DNA of 64,000 bases from positions 3,315,557-3,379,556 of the forward strand of contig JBFWNU010000001.1 in NCBI GenBank assembly GCA_050250895.1. The letters are read 5' to 3'. This document shows, piece after piece, positions 19,557 to 28,171 of this stretch; within the stretch, counting starts at the first letter, position 1, and each line of letters opens with the position of its first letter. The translations under genes were made by a program, and so were the position numbers. The notes beneath the pieces were generated by a model. The model did no database searches. It was not told the DNA's origin and saw nothing but the letters and a program-made list of their open reading frames with translations. Source of the stretch: Vulcanimicrobiota bacterium (lineage in GTDB: Bacteria > Vulcanimicrobiota > Xenobia > Xenobiales > JADMJV01).

Positions 19557-20800
19557 GCGCCCTCCAGGGGCAGTTGCAAAGTGAAGGTCGCGCCCTGACC
19601 GGGCTGCGAGTCGACCGTCAAGCTGCCCCCGTGGTCCTTGACGATTTGGTATGAAACGGCCAGCCCCAGACCGACCCCCTGGCCCACCGGCTTGGTGGTG
19701 AAAAAGGGTTCAAAGACGCGCCTCATCACCTCTTGCGGCATGCCGACTCCGGTGTCGCTCAGGCGCACGCGAGCCCGCCCATCCTCGACTCCGCAGGTGA
19801 CTTCGAGGCGACGCGGTGCGGTTTGGTTGAGTGCATCGCGGGCGTTGAGGACCAGGTTGAGAAAGACCTGGGCCAGTTGGGCTTCTTCGCCTTCCACCTC
19901 GACCGGCTCGAGTTGACAATCGACTTCGATCTCGAGCTTCTCGAGGCCGTGGCGCAGCAACTCGATGGTTTCTTCCAGGGTCTGATCCAGGCGAAACCGG
20001 CGCCGCTCGGCGCGCGCGGGATGAGCAAACCGCAGCAACCGGTCGATGGTGTCCCGGCAGCGTCCCACCGCTCGGGTCATCAGTTCGGTGCGCCGCTGTA
20101 AACCCGCCTCTTCGAGCTTGGGAGCCAGAGCCGTCAGGTTGAGGGCCAGCACTCCCAGCGGGTTGTTGATCTCGTGGGCCAGGCCGGCCGCCAACTGGCC
20201 CACGGCGGCCAACTTCGAGGCTTCAAAAAGCTGGGATTGGGTCTGGGCCAGCTCGGCTCTTGCTTGCTCGAGACTGGACTGATGCACTCGCTGCAGCTCG
20301 GCATAGAGAAAGGCGTTCTCGAGCGCCCGAGCGGCCTGATTGGCCACCGCTTCCAGCAGCTCGAGATGGCTCGGCTTGAAGACCCCGCTGCGAATCCGAT
20401 GATCGGCATAGACGACCCCTCGCACCTCGCCACCCCACCGCAGCGGGACGCACATGATGGAGTGGATACTCATCAGCGTGATGCTTCCGTAGTGGTGGAA
20501 ATCGGCGTCTTTAGAGGCGTCGTCACTCAATAGCGCGACCCCCTCGCGGGCCACCCTCTCGATGACGCTCCGGCTATAGTTGTAGGCCTGCTCGCTGGCC
20601 TCGGCATCGAGGGCCCGGCCGGCCACCAGGCGCCACCCCTCGCCCTCGCGCATGACTACGAAGCAACGCTCGGCTTCGAAGGCCTCGACCACTTGCTCGA
20701 TGAGGTTGTCGAGCACTTCGTCCAATTCTAGCGAAGAGCTGAGGATGGTGTTGACCCTCAACAAGAGGGCCAACTGGTCGCGCTCGAGGTGGGTCTCCAT
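19538..20800 (-). CDS. GAF-domain sensor histidine kinase
   Basis: SIMCVPL...GVVYAD (GAF); H-box LAHEINNPL; N-box QVFLNLVLNARDA; DTGVG, FEPFFTTK, GVGLGL. Confidence 0.95.
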   Translation of the reverse strand: METHLERDQLALLLRVNTILSSSLELDEVLDNLIEQVVEAFEAERCFVVMREGEGWRLVAGRALDAEASEQAYNYSRSVIERVAREGVALLSDDASKDADFHHYGSITLMSIHSIMCVPLRWGGEVRGVVYADHRIRSGVFKPSHLELLEAVANQAARALENAFLYAELQRVHQSSLEQARAELAQTQSQLFEASKLAAVGQLAAGLAHEINNPLGVLALNLTALAPKLEEAGLQRRTELMTRAVGRCRDTIDRLLRFAHPARAERRRFRLDQTLEETIELLRHGLEKLEIEVDCQLEPVEVEGEEAQLAQVFLNLVLNARDALNQTAPRRLEVTCGVEDGRARVRLSDTGVGMPQEVMRRVFEPFFTTKPVGQGVGLGLAVSYQIVKDHGGSLTVDSQPGQGATFTLQLPLEGACRPES

Positions 20801-20859
20801 GGCCGATTGGGTTCGCAGAGAACTAGGGCTGCCCCTCCGCCGGGCCGAACAGGGGCGCC

Positions 20860-22896
20860 ATGGAGTTCGACAACCTCCAGCAGTTTCTCGAGAGCATGTC
20901 TGCCCCGGCCGAGTCGAGCGGAGAGTTCACCCTGTCCCTCGACGAAGCCGAGCGCAAACTGGACCAGTTTCAGCTGCTCGAGCCGGGTCTGTATCCGGTT
21001 TTTCTGGTGGCCTCGGCAGTGGCCGGCGGGGCCAGCTATTTTCGCGTTGCTTACGACGACGAACAGGTTAGCTTCTCCTACAATTCCCAGCCCTATCCTC
21101 GTTCCGAACTCGAGAACCTGCGGGCCTACCGTTTTCGCAACCGGGGCGATCGCGCTTTGCGTCATCTGGCCGTGGCCCTGCTGGCAGCCGATCGAGTGTG
21201 CGAGACGGTCCAGCTGCGTACGGCTGGCGCCGTGCTAGATCTCCACGAGGATAAGGTGACCATCGTGCCGGCTTCAGACGCGCGCGAGAACCAGGTGGTG
21301 GTGACGCGTCCGCGCGGCTTTCTGTCGTCCTTCCTGCGCCGTCCCCCCGACCTGTCCGAGACGCTCACGCTCTGTCGCCATGCACCGCTAAGTCTGCAGT
21401 TCTCCGACGAAAAAAGAGTCAGCCGCTACTTTCACCATCACGACGCCCTGGTCCACCGCCAGTTTCTGTTAGCGGGCGAAATTCCCCCGACCTTCGTGCG
21501 TGGCCAGGTGCAAAAGGTGGAATCCCCCGGCCAATACTGTGGCGCGCTGGCCATCGTCACCCGTGAGGGCGGCTATCTGACTCTGGTGGTCGACGGACTC
21601 TCGCACCGGCTCGACGTGGACGAACCCTACCTCGGTGGGATCTTTTGGAACAACCACCTCAAGCTCGACCTCTCGTGTACGGGTTTGGTGCAAGACGAGA
21701 CGCTGGCCGAGATGCTGAGCCAGGTCTGGTCCCACCTTCCGGCCATGCTTCTCGAGCGCATACGGGCCGAGGGGGCTCTTGATTCTGACGAGCGGGACCT
21801 GCTCGAGCAACTGGTGCCCCAGGCGATCCGCCACTATGAGGCTTCAGACCCGGAGGCCGCCGACTATCTGCGAGGTTGGATGAGCACCGCTCAGTCAGCC
21901 GACATCCACCTTGGCCAGGCCGAACTCATGGCCGAACTGCGCCGGCTGGGGCCCGAGGACTCTTCGGCCCGCACGGTGGCTTTGCGGGCGCGGCTGCTCG
22001 AGGAGTTGACCCTGGCCTTTCGCAAGGCCAGCTGGTCGGGCGATCGGCAGGCCTTCGAAGAGAACCTCGCCTGGTTACGAGAGTTCCACGTGCCAACCCA
22101 TCCCACCCTCGAGGCTCTGGCTGAGGTGGTAGCGGCTCGCTCGGGAGATTTGCCCACCTTTAGCCCGGTAGACTCTGATTCTTTCGTGCGCAAAGTGGTC
22201 TGCCTGCGCTATCTTGGTGCCTACGACGAGGCGACGCGCCTGTGTGAGGAGGGGGCCGAGCGGTTTTCTTATCGCCAGGATTTTTTCGCCTGGCAGGTCG
22301 AGTTGCTGCTCTTGAGCGAGCCCAACCGTGCCCTGGCTGTAGCCCAGCGGGCCGCTCAGGCTTTCCAGGGACGGCCCCGGGGGCACTACGACCTGCAGGA
22401 GCGCCAGACTCATTTTCACGACCTGATAGCCGATTGTCACGATCTGCTCGGCGAGCCCAAAGCGGCGCTGGCAGCCCGACTCAAAGCCCTGGAGGAAACT
22501 ACTCCGGATTCTTATCTGGCCTACTTTCGGTTGCGTTACCTCACCACCGCCTATCGCGGCCACATGGCGTGGTTGGAGTGGGTGCGACGCGAGGTCGAGA
22601 CGCGCCGCCTAAGCTGGAGGGCCCGCCAGGGCAGAGACGCTTCGGCCGCCGCTCGCGACCAGGTGCGCCAGAAGCTCTTCCGCAGGCTCATCGCGAAGCA
22701 ACTGGCGGGCCTCGAGTCGACCTTGCTCGAGGTGGCCAAAGGCTACGTCTTCGACCGTGAGGTGGCGGACTATCTGTTGGGCCGCCTCAACCACCTGTTC
22801 CGCCAACGCGGCCAGTCGCTCGAGGGCGAACGCTTGTTAGCCCAGGTGCGCCTCAACTACCACATCGAGACCTTGACCAATTCTTTTCTGTACTAG
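20860..22896 (+). CDS. Degenerate GHKL/Hsp90-like protein with helical TPR-like C-terminus (paralogue 1)
   Basis: 678-aa ORF. SSGEFTL...LVASAVAGGAS and LKLDLSCTGLVQD blocks are shared with the genes at 31818 and 46878. Confidence 0.7.
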   Translation: MEFDNLQQFLESMSAPAESSGEFTLSLDEAERKLDQFQLLEPGLYPVFLVASAVAGGASYFRVAYDDEQVSFSYNSQPYPRSELENLRAYRFRNRGDRALRHLAVALLAADRVCETVQLRTAGAVLDLHEDKVTIVPASDARENQVVVTRPRGFLSSFLRRPPDLSETLTLCRHAPLSLQFSDEKRVSRYFHHHDALVHRQFLLAGEIPPTFVRGQVQKVESPGQYCGALAIVTREGGYLTLVVDGLSHRLDVDEPYLGGIFWNNHLKLDLSCTGLVQDETLAEMLSQVWSHLPAMLLERIRAEGALDSDERDLLEQLVPQAIRHYEASDPEAADYLRGWMSTAQSADIHLGQAELMAELRRLGPEDSSARTVALRARLLEELTLAFRKASWSGDRQAFEENLAWLREFHVPTHPTLEALAEVVAARSGDLPTFSPVDSDSFVRKVVCLRYLGAYDEATRLCEEGAERFSYRQDFFAWQVELLLLSEPNRALAVAQRAAQAFQGRPRGHYDLQERQTHFHDLIADCHDLLGEPKAALAARLKALEETTPDSYLAYFRLRYLTTAYRGHMAWLEWVRREVETRRLSWRARQGRDASAAARDQVRQKLFRRLIAKQLAGLESTLLEVAKGYVFDREVADYLLGRLNHLFRQRGQSLEGERLLAQVRLNYHIETLTNSFLY

Positions 22897-23149
22897 CCAG
22901 GGCCGTCGCGGCTCGTGTAGAGAGGGTAGTCTCGGCTGGCACCCGCCCAGAAGTGGTGGCTGCCTTGACAACAGAGGGTGTAGGCTGCCCGAAGCGAGCT
23001 CGATAGATCTCGAGCATGAGAGCCAGGCCCTTGAACTGACCGCGACAGGTGATCAGCTGCCCATCGGCCCCGAGCCGCCAGCTGGCCAGGCCGTTGAAGG
23101 CGATGGCGAGGATCAGGCTCAGGGCCAGGGCGGCATAATTGCGGGACAC
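22893..23149 (-). pseudogene. Probable frameshifted or internally deleted pilin/pseudopilin-like gene
   Basis: An N-terminal TM helix and GQLITCRGQFKGLALMLEIY are in one frame. AYTLCCQGSHH...DYPLYTSRDGPG* continues in another frame and stops at 22893, overlapping the stop of the convergent gene. Confidence 0.45.
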
Positions 23150-23180
23150 ATCGGCTTTACGCCGACGGCCCCAGGTCGGT

Positions 23181-23990
23181 TCACTGCAACTGGTCGGCGT
23201 GGTGGCGAGCGGCCTCGGCCGGATCGACCGTCTGGCCTTGCATGAACGGGCAGGCGGCCGCGCCTTTCTTGGCTTCTTGAGTGGACAGGGCGGCGGTCAC
23301 ACCAGGGTCCTGGTCAGACGCTCCATCAGCGAAGAACTCGGCCATGGCCGAGCCCGCCTGGTAGAATCCGAGGCTGCCGGGACGGGCGGTCCACTCTTCC
23401 GGGAAACGGTTCTCCTTGAAGAGCCGCACGAAGTCCTTGTTCATGATGAAGCGGTTGCCTTCGGCGTCGGTGCGGCCGAAGACTTCGACCACCAGCGAGA
23501 ACTCAGCTCCGCCGAAGATCTCCCCGCGTTGGCCAGGCTCTTCTTCGAGCAGGGCCTCTTGATAGCGGCGCAGGTCTTTGAGAGTCAGGCGCTCGCCGTC
23601 TGAGCTGAAGGTCAGCGCTTTGTCGAGGCGTTCCTGGCTGAAGCCGTTGCGCAGGATCTGCGAGTCGGCGTTATGGTCAAGGTTGCTGCCTTTGAGGGCG
23701 CGCAGGTTGAAACTATCCGAGGTCAGGGCGTCCCAAACGCCGTCGGCCGAGGTGCGGTTGGCGCCGAGCACGGCCACCTTGCGGAGCATATATTTGGCTC
23801 CGATGTCATCTTTGAGAAAGTCGTTGAGGCCGGTGCAATTGCCGTATTGGTCCACCTGGAGGCGGCCCTCACGCACTCCGGTCTTGAGGACAGGACAGGG
23901 AATCTCTTCGATGTCGAAAGGCTTGTCGTCGGCTTGTTGGGGGGCTTTGTGCCCATAGGGGCATACGCTGGCGTGCTGGTGAATCTGCAT
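23181..23990 (-). CDS. Heme-thiolate peroxidase (Peroxidase_2/chloroperoxidase)-like protein
   Basis: PCPVLK proximal Cys motif, LDHNADS (compare EHDxS), SSDGERLTLKDL, AEFSLVVEVFG and LFKENRFPEEW, in the expected order. Confidence 0.65.
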   Translation of the reverse strand: MQIHQHASVCPYGHKAPQQADDKPFDIEEIPCPVLKTGVREGRLQVDQYGNCTGLNDFLKDDIGAKYMLRKVAVLGANRTSADGVWDALTSDSFNLRALKGSNLDHNADSQILRNGFSQERLDKALTFSSDGERLTLKDLRRYQEALLEEEPGQRGEIFGGAEFSLVVEVFGRTDAEGNRFIMNKDFVRLFKENRFPEEWTARPGSLGFYQAGSAMAEFFADGASDQDPGVTAALSTQEAKKGAAACPFMQGQTVDPAEAARHHADQLQ

Positions 23991-24064
23991 AGAGCCAGGT
24001 TATTGCCCGGCGCTTAAACTATGCCTAAACATCGGCCCGCGCGCCCGTAGCGACGGGAAGTTTA

Positions 24065-24436
24065 TCAGGAATTCACATCGACGAGCCGGTCGGCCAGGTC
24101 TTCGCGACCGAAAGGGCGGATAGGAGTAGTATCCCGCAGCCATTCGAGGTCGAACTCGAGCCCCTCGATCGGCCCGGGGCACCCCAGATAGAGGGGACCG
24201 GCTACGGTGTCGATGCGCAGCAGATAGCAGTGGAACGAGTGCTCTTCCCACTCCCACCGTCGCTCGACCAGGGGAGGACCCTCGAGGCTGGCTACCGTGT
24301 AGAGTCCGGCTCGATAGCCGGCGGCTCGCAAGGGCGCCTCGAGTTCGGCCGACTCGAGCTTGCCCCGAGGCATGGGTTTCCAGCCCAGTTCCTCGACCAG
24401 ACGGAGGACTTCGTCACGGGTTGGTTCGAGTGCCAT
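24065..24436 (-). CDS. Hypothetical protein
   Basis: 123-aa ATG ORF with typical codon usage, filling the gap between genes. Confidence 0.65.
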   Translation of the reverse strand: MALEPTRDEVLRLVEELGWKPMPRGKLESAELEAPLRAAGYRAGLYTVASLEGPPLVERRWEWEEHSFHCYLLRIDTVAGPLYLGCPGPIEGLEFDLEWLRDTTPIRPFGREDLADRLVDVNS

Positions 24437-24501
24437 CCCGTAAGATTCCGCACGCGGGTCGGTAGGTCATCCCTCCCCTTCGGTTTGGGTCGTGCGGCCC
24501 C

Positions 24502-25704
24502 TTAGGGTGTCCTCGTGTGCCGGCGCTGCACGGCCGAATCCCGGGCGGCCTTCCACTCGGGCCGATTTGCAAAATCTTTATCATGCTCAGTGGCGTGGCA
24601 ACCCGGACACAACAGCTCTAAGTCGTCCAGTCGATGTTGTCTGGTTTCGGACCAGGCTCGAACGTGGTGGACCACCAGGTTGCCGCCTGGGCACGAGCAT
24701 CGCTCGCAACGGCCGAAAGCGCGGGCGTAAACCGCTCGCACCAACCCCACCGGAAGCCCCGGCCTGCCCTTTGTCCGGCTCGGCAGTAGCGACAACTGCT
24801 CGGGCTGGCCAGGTTCAGCTGGGGGTTTAGCCGGGCACCTTCCAGCTGGAAGTTGGGTTCGAGCCACCACGATTCCGGTTTGCTTCATCGCCTCGTCAAC
24901 GGCCTCGGGCTCGGCCTGCAAGAGTCCGCGGTCGGTGTCATAAAAGCCCTCACCCGTCTCACCGTTCACGTGCACGATGACCTGATGGCGCACTTTGCTG
25001 CGGTTGTCGGCCGAGGTGAGAAACTTCTTGCTCATTTCGGTCACCGCCGTCTCTTTGCTGACGCGTTTGCCCTGGCGGGCCTCGACCATTCTTTTCGCCT
25101 GCTCAAAGGTGGCATACTGCTCGGGGGTCAGCAGCAGAATGACCTGTCTCAATTTTGGCGCCGCCGGAACGGGGATCGGCTCTGGCTTGCGAACTGCTTC
25201 TGTGGGTTGCTCGGCGAAAGTCAGTTTGGGTTGCCTTTGGCGAGCTTCCAGCGAGGCTTTCATTGCCTGGCCACGCTTGTGCTGCGTGGGGGTAAGAGCC
25301 ACGGCGCGCTCGACTACCTGAGCTTTGTTCTTGAGGGCAAACTCGAGCATTTCGACCTCGTTCTCAGGGGTAGTGATTCGCTTGAGAGCGCGGGCTTTGC
25401 TCCAGCAGAGCTTTCCCTCGCGAAAGGCCTCTGAGATCAGTGGCAGTTGCTCGAAGACCCTCGCTAAACTGAGTAGTTCACCGGCCTTTTGAGGATGCAG
25501 GTTGAGGTGGGTTACAGCGTAGCCTACCGTACTCCCGCTACCCAGGTGGCGATAGAGTCCGCTGCGTTCGGTGGCCAAAAGGTGGGCGGCCAACTTCCAT
25601 TCGCAGTCGAAGGAGCACTTGCTGGCCTGGCAGTTGCTCTGATGGAGCTCCTGGTGAGACAGTTGTTGCAGGGCCTGGGAGAGTCCCGATAAAGTTGAAG
25701 ACAT
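24502..25704 (-). CDS. DUF222-like / HNH endonuclease (400 aa)
   Basis: GGAGG RBS before the ATG at 25704. N-terminal LPLISEAFREGKLCWSKARAL. C-terminal HNH/Zn motif RCERC...VHHVRAWS...LELLCPGCHATEH. Confidence 0.88.
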   Translation of the reverse strand: MSSTLSGLSQALQQLSHQELHQSNCQASKCSFDCEWKLAAHLLATERSGLYRHLGSGSTVGYAVTHLNLHPQKAGELLSLARVFEQLPLISEAFREGKLCWSKARALKRITTPENEVEMLEFALKNKAQVVERAVALTPTQHKRGQAMKASLEARQRQPKLTFAEQPTEAVRKPEPIPVPAAPKLRQVILLLTPEQYATFEQAKRMVEARQGKRVSKETAVTEMSKKFLTSADNRSKVRHQVIVHVNGETGEGFYDTDRGLLQAEPEAVDEAMKQTGIVVARTQLPAGRCPAKPPAEPGQPEQLSLLPSRTKGRPGLPVGLVRAVYARAFGRCERCSCPGGNLVVHHVRAWSETRQHRLDDLELLCPGCHATEHDKDFANRPEWKAARDSAVQRRHTRTP

Positions 25705-25744
25705 AGCCGACCTCCGAGTAGAAGAAGAATCAAGGAATAGCCCT

Positions 25745-25773
25745 ATTTTACTCCAGGACAACCGGCGGATCAA
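25745..25773 (-). promoter_or_regulatory. Putative sigma70 promoter of the HNH gene
   Basis: TTGATC-N17-TAAAAT on the minus strand, about 40 bp upstream of the start codon. Confidence 0.55.
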
Positions 25774-26035
25774 TGCCGTATAATGGCTTGGTTACGGGGT
25801 TTGGACGCTCCTTCGCAGGCGGCCGCAAGAAGGGGTTTCGAGGAGAAAATGATTCAGCGAACCATGTTCGGCGCGGGAGTGGCTGAGAGCGCTCATGAGA
25901 ACGTGGTCCGCCATGTTTCGGGGCGGAGCAACTTTAGGGCGATGTCTCATTTTGCGATTGTTAGAATGTCACAACATTTTGCCTCCGGCTGGCTTCCAGC
26001 TGGAAGTCCGTCCGAGGGCTGGGTGGATCCGGTTT

Positions 26036-26980
26036 CGGCACGTGGTGGCGCCGAATTCGGCACGTGGCGGCGCCGTACTCTGGCGAGGCTGCACTTCCGT
26101 GCGGAAGTTGGCTCGCCCCGGCTCGGCTGTAGCTGGCCGGTGGCGTCGGCGGGCGGCGAGTACGGCACCAGGTGGCGCCGAATTCGGCACGTGGCGGCGC
26201 CGTACTCTGGCGAGGCTGCACTTCCGTGCGGAAGTTGGCTCGCCCCGGCTCGGCTGTAGCTGGCCGGCGGCGTCGGTGGGCGGCGAGTACGGCACCAGGT
26301 GGCGCCGAATTCGGCACGTGGTGGTGCCGTACTGGCGAGGCTCTCTTCCGTGCGGAAGTTGGCTCGCCCCGGCTTGGCTGAGGCTGGCCGGCGGCGTCGG
26401 TGGGCGGCGAGTACGGCACTAGGTGGCGCCGAATTCGGCACGTGGTGGTGCCGTACTGGCGAGGCTCTCTTCCGTGCGGAGGTTGGCTCGCCGCCACTCG
26501 GCTGTAGCTGGCCGGCGGCGTCGGTGGGCGGCGGCGTCGGTGGGCGGCGAGTACGGCACCAGGTGGCGCCGAATTCGGCACGTGGTGGCGCCGTACTCTG
26601 GCGAGGCTGGCCAGGCTACACCGTGCGGAGGTTGGCTCGTCGCGACTCGGCTGAGGCTGGCCGGTGGCGAGCGGCGAGTACGGCACCAGGTGGCGCCGAA
26701 TTCGGCACGTGGTGGCGCCGTACTCTGGCGAGGCTGGCCAGGCTACACCGTGCGGAGGTTGGCTCGCCGCGACTCGGCTGTAGCTGGCCGGTGGGTTCGG
26801 CGGGCGGCGGGTACGGCACCAGGTGGCGCCGTACTCTGGCAAGGCTGGCCAGGCTACACTTCCGTGTGGAAGTTGGTTCGCCCCGGCTCGGCTGAAGCGC
26901 CGGCGGGTTCGACGGGCGGCGAGTAAGGTACGTCGTGGCGCCGTACTCTCGCAAGGCTGGGCCAGGCCATTTCCGCGGAA
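26036..26980. repeat. Palindromic tandem array 2: ~8 units of ~127 bp
   Basis: Each unit has a long hairpin GAGTACGGCACCAGGTGGCGCCGAATTCGGCACGTGGTGGCGCCGTACTC plus CTTCCGTGCGGAAG. GAATTC centres at 26053, 26180, 26307, 26431, 26571 and 26698. Two degenerate units follow. Confidence 0.93.
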
Positions 26981-27055
26981 CCCCTCCCCGACTGCCGCCG
27001 CCCGGCCAGATCCAGGCCGGCAGGTCGTCCCTTCCCTCCGCCAGAAACGGCGTCG

Positions 27056-27717
27056 ATGAGTCTACGTCGAGCGCCGGGGCCACGCGAGGAGCCGCTCCTG
27101 AAATACAAGCGTCTTCTGGTCGAGTTGAAACTTGTGTTGGAAGGATTGGGTTTCACCTCTCTGGGTTCAGAGCGGCATCAGGACTGGTATCGCGATGGCT
27201 TCCGTAAAGCCGTGGGCACCAACTATGTGCTGGTCGAATTTCGCGTCGTAAGGCCTGGACCCGGGGCGCGCCGCTGGCATGTCGAGCCAGTGGGGGAGTT
27301 GCGCTGGAAAGTCTGCATCGCGCATTTCGCAGCTGGGCCGACTGGCCGCCCTCGGAGGCAGGCGACTGGCTGCTGCCAGAACTTCCCTTCGAGGTGGGGC
27401 CTACTGATCGCGATGAGGATACGGTAAAGAAGCTGTCGGGCTGGCTACTTGCGGCCGATGTCGAGTTACTGTCGCGAGCCAGTGAGGCGGGGCTGTTGAT
27501 TGATGAGGCTCGACCCGAGCGTGGCAGTTTGGAGCAGCTGTTTCTGGCTGCTCGCCTGGGGAGGACGGACCTGGTGCGCGCTCAGTGGGAGAGGCTGTTG
27601 TTCTGGGCCGAGGTTCGTCATCGAAGCGAGGCCTCCGTCGTGATTGGCGAGTTGCGTCAGCGAGCCGCGGACCTGGGGATCGAGGTCGAGGAGTTTGGGT
27701 CATGTGACCCAGGTTGA
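27056..27717 (+). CDS. Hypothetical protein, probably one frameshifted gene (ORFs 27056..27427 and 27394..27717)
   Basis: The downstream frame reads ALESLHRAFRSWADWPPSEAGDWLLPELPFEV from about 27300. One extra G in the G5 run at 27292-27296 would fuse the two ORFs. Confidence 0.4.
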
Positions 27718-27745
27718 TGGGTCGTCGGGGCGCTATACTCAGGCT

Positions 27746-28171
27746 ATGAACTATCCGCTCTTCTTCGCAGTCATTTCGGTCTGGCCCGGGATGTGGTCGG
27801 CCTTGATGGCCTGGTATGCCTACGATGAGCCAGGGCATGAGGCGCTGGTTCCCAAGCGAAGCTTCTGGGCCGGTGCCGTGTCGAGCCTCTTGCCGGCCTT
27901 GATGGTGCTCGCCCACGCCTATCGGGTGAGCCTCAATCCCAGTCCCGGCGGCTGGATCGACCTGTCCGGAGTGGTCGTCTTGATGCTCGGAATGTTGGGT
28001 CTGGGCATGCTCATGTTCACCCCGGTGGTCGGCGCGCTGGCCGCCCTCGGGGCCAGGACCGGTCATCAGCGAAAAGGCCGGGTCGGGGGCGTGCTGGGTG
28101 CCTTCCTGGGCGGAGCGTCGGCGCTGCCCATCGGACTCGGCCTAGTGTACCTGGCGATTCTCGCATACTAG
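27746..28171 (+). CDS. Small integral membrane protein
   Basis: MNYPLFFAV... with about 4 hydrophobic segments. Confidence 0.7.
   Translation: MNYPLFFAVISVWPGMWSALMAWYAYDEPGHEALVPKRSFWAGAVSSLLPALMVLAHAYRVSLNPSPGGWIDLSGVVVLMLGMLGLGMLMFTPVVGALAALGARTGHQRKGRVGGVLGAFLGGASALPIGLGLVYLAILAY

Noticed and set aside
26036-26980. CRISPR, TIGR or IscB/omega-RNA guide array for the HNH protein
   Set aside because: There are no variable spacers and the period is ~127 bp. I see no RuvC, PLMP or Nop-domain motifs in the protein.
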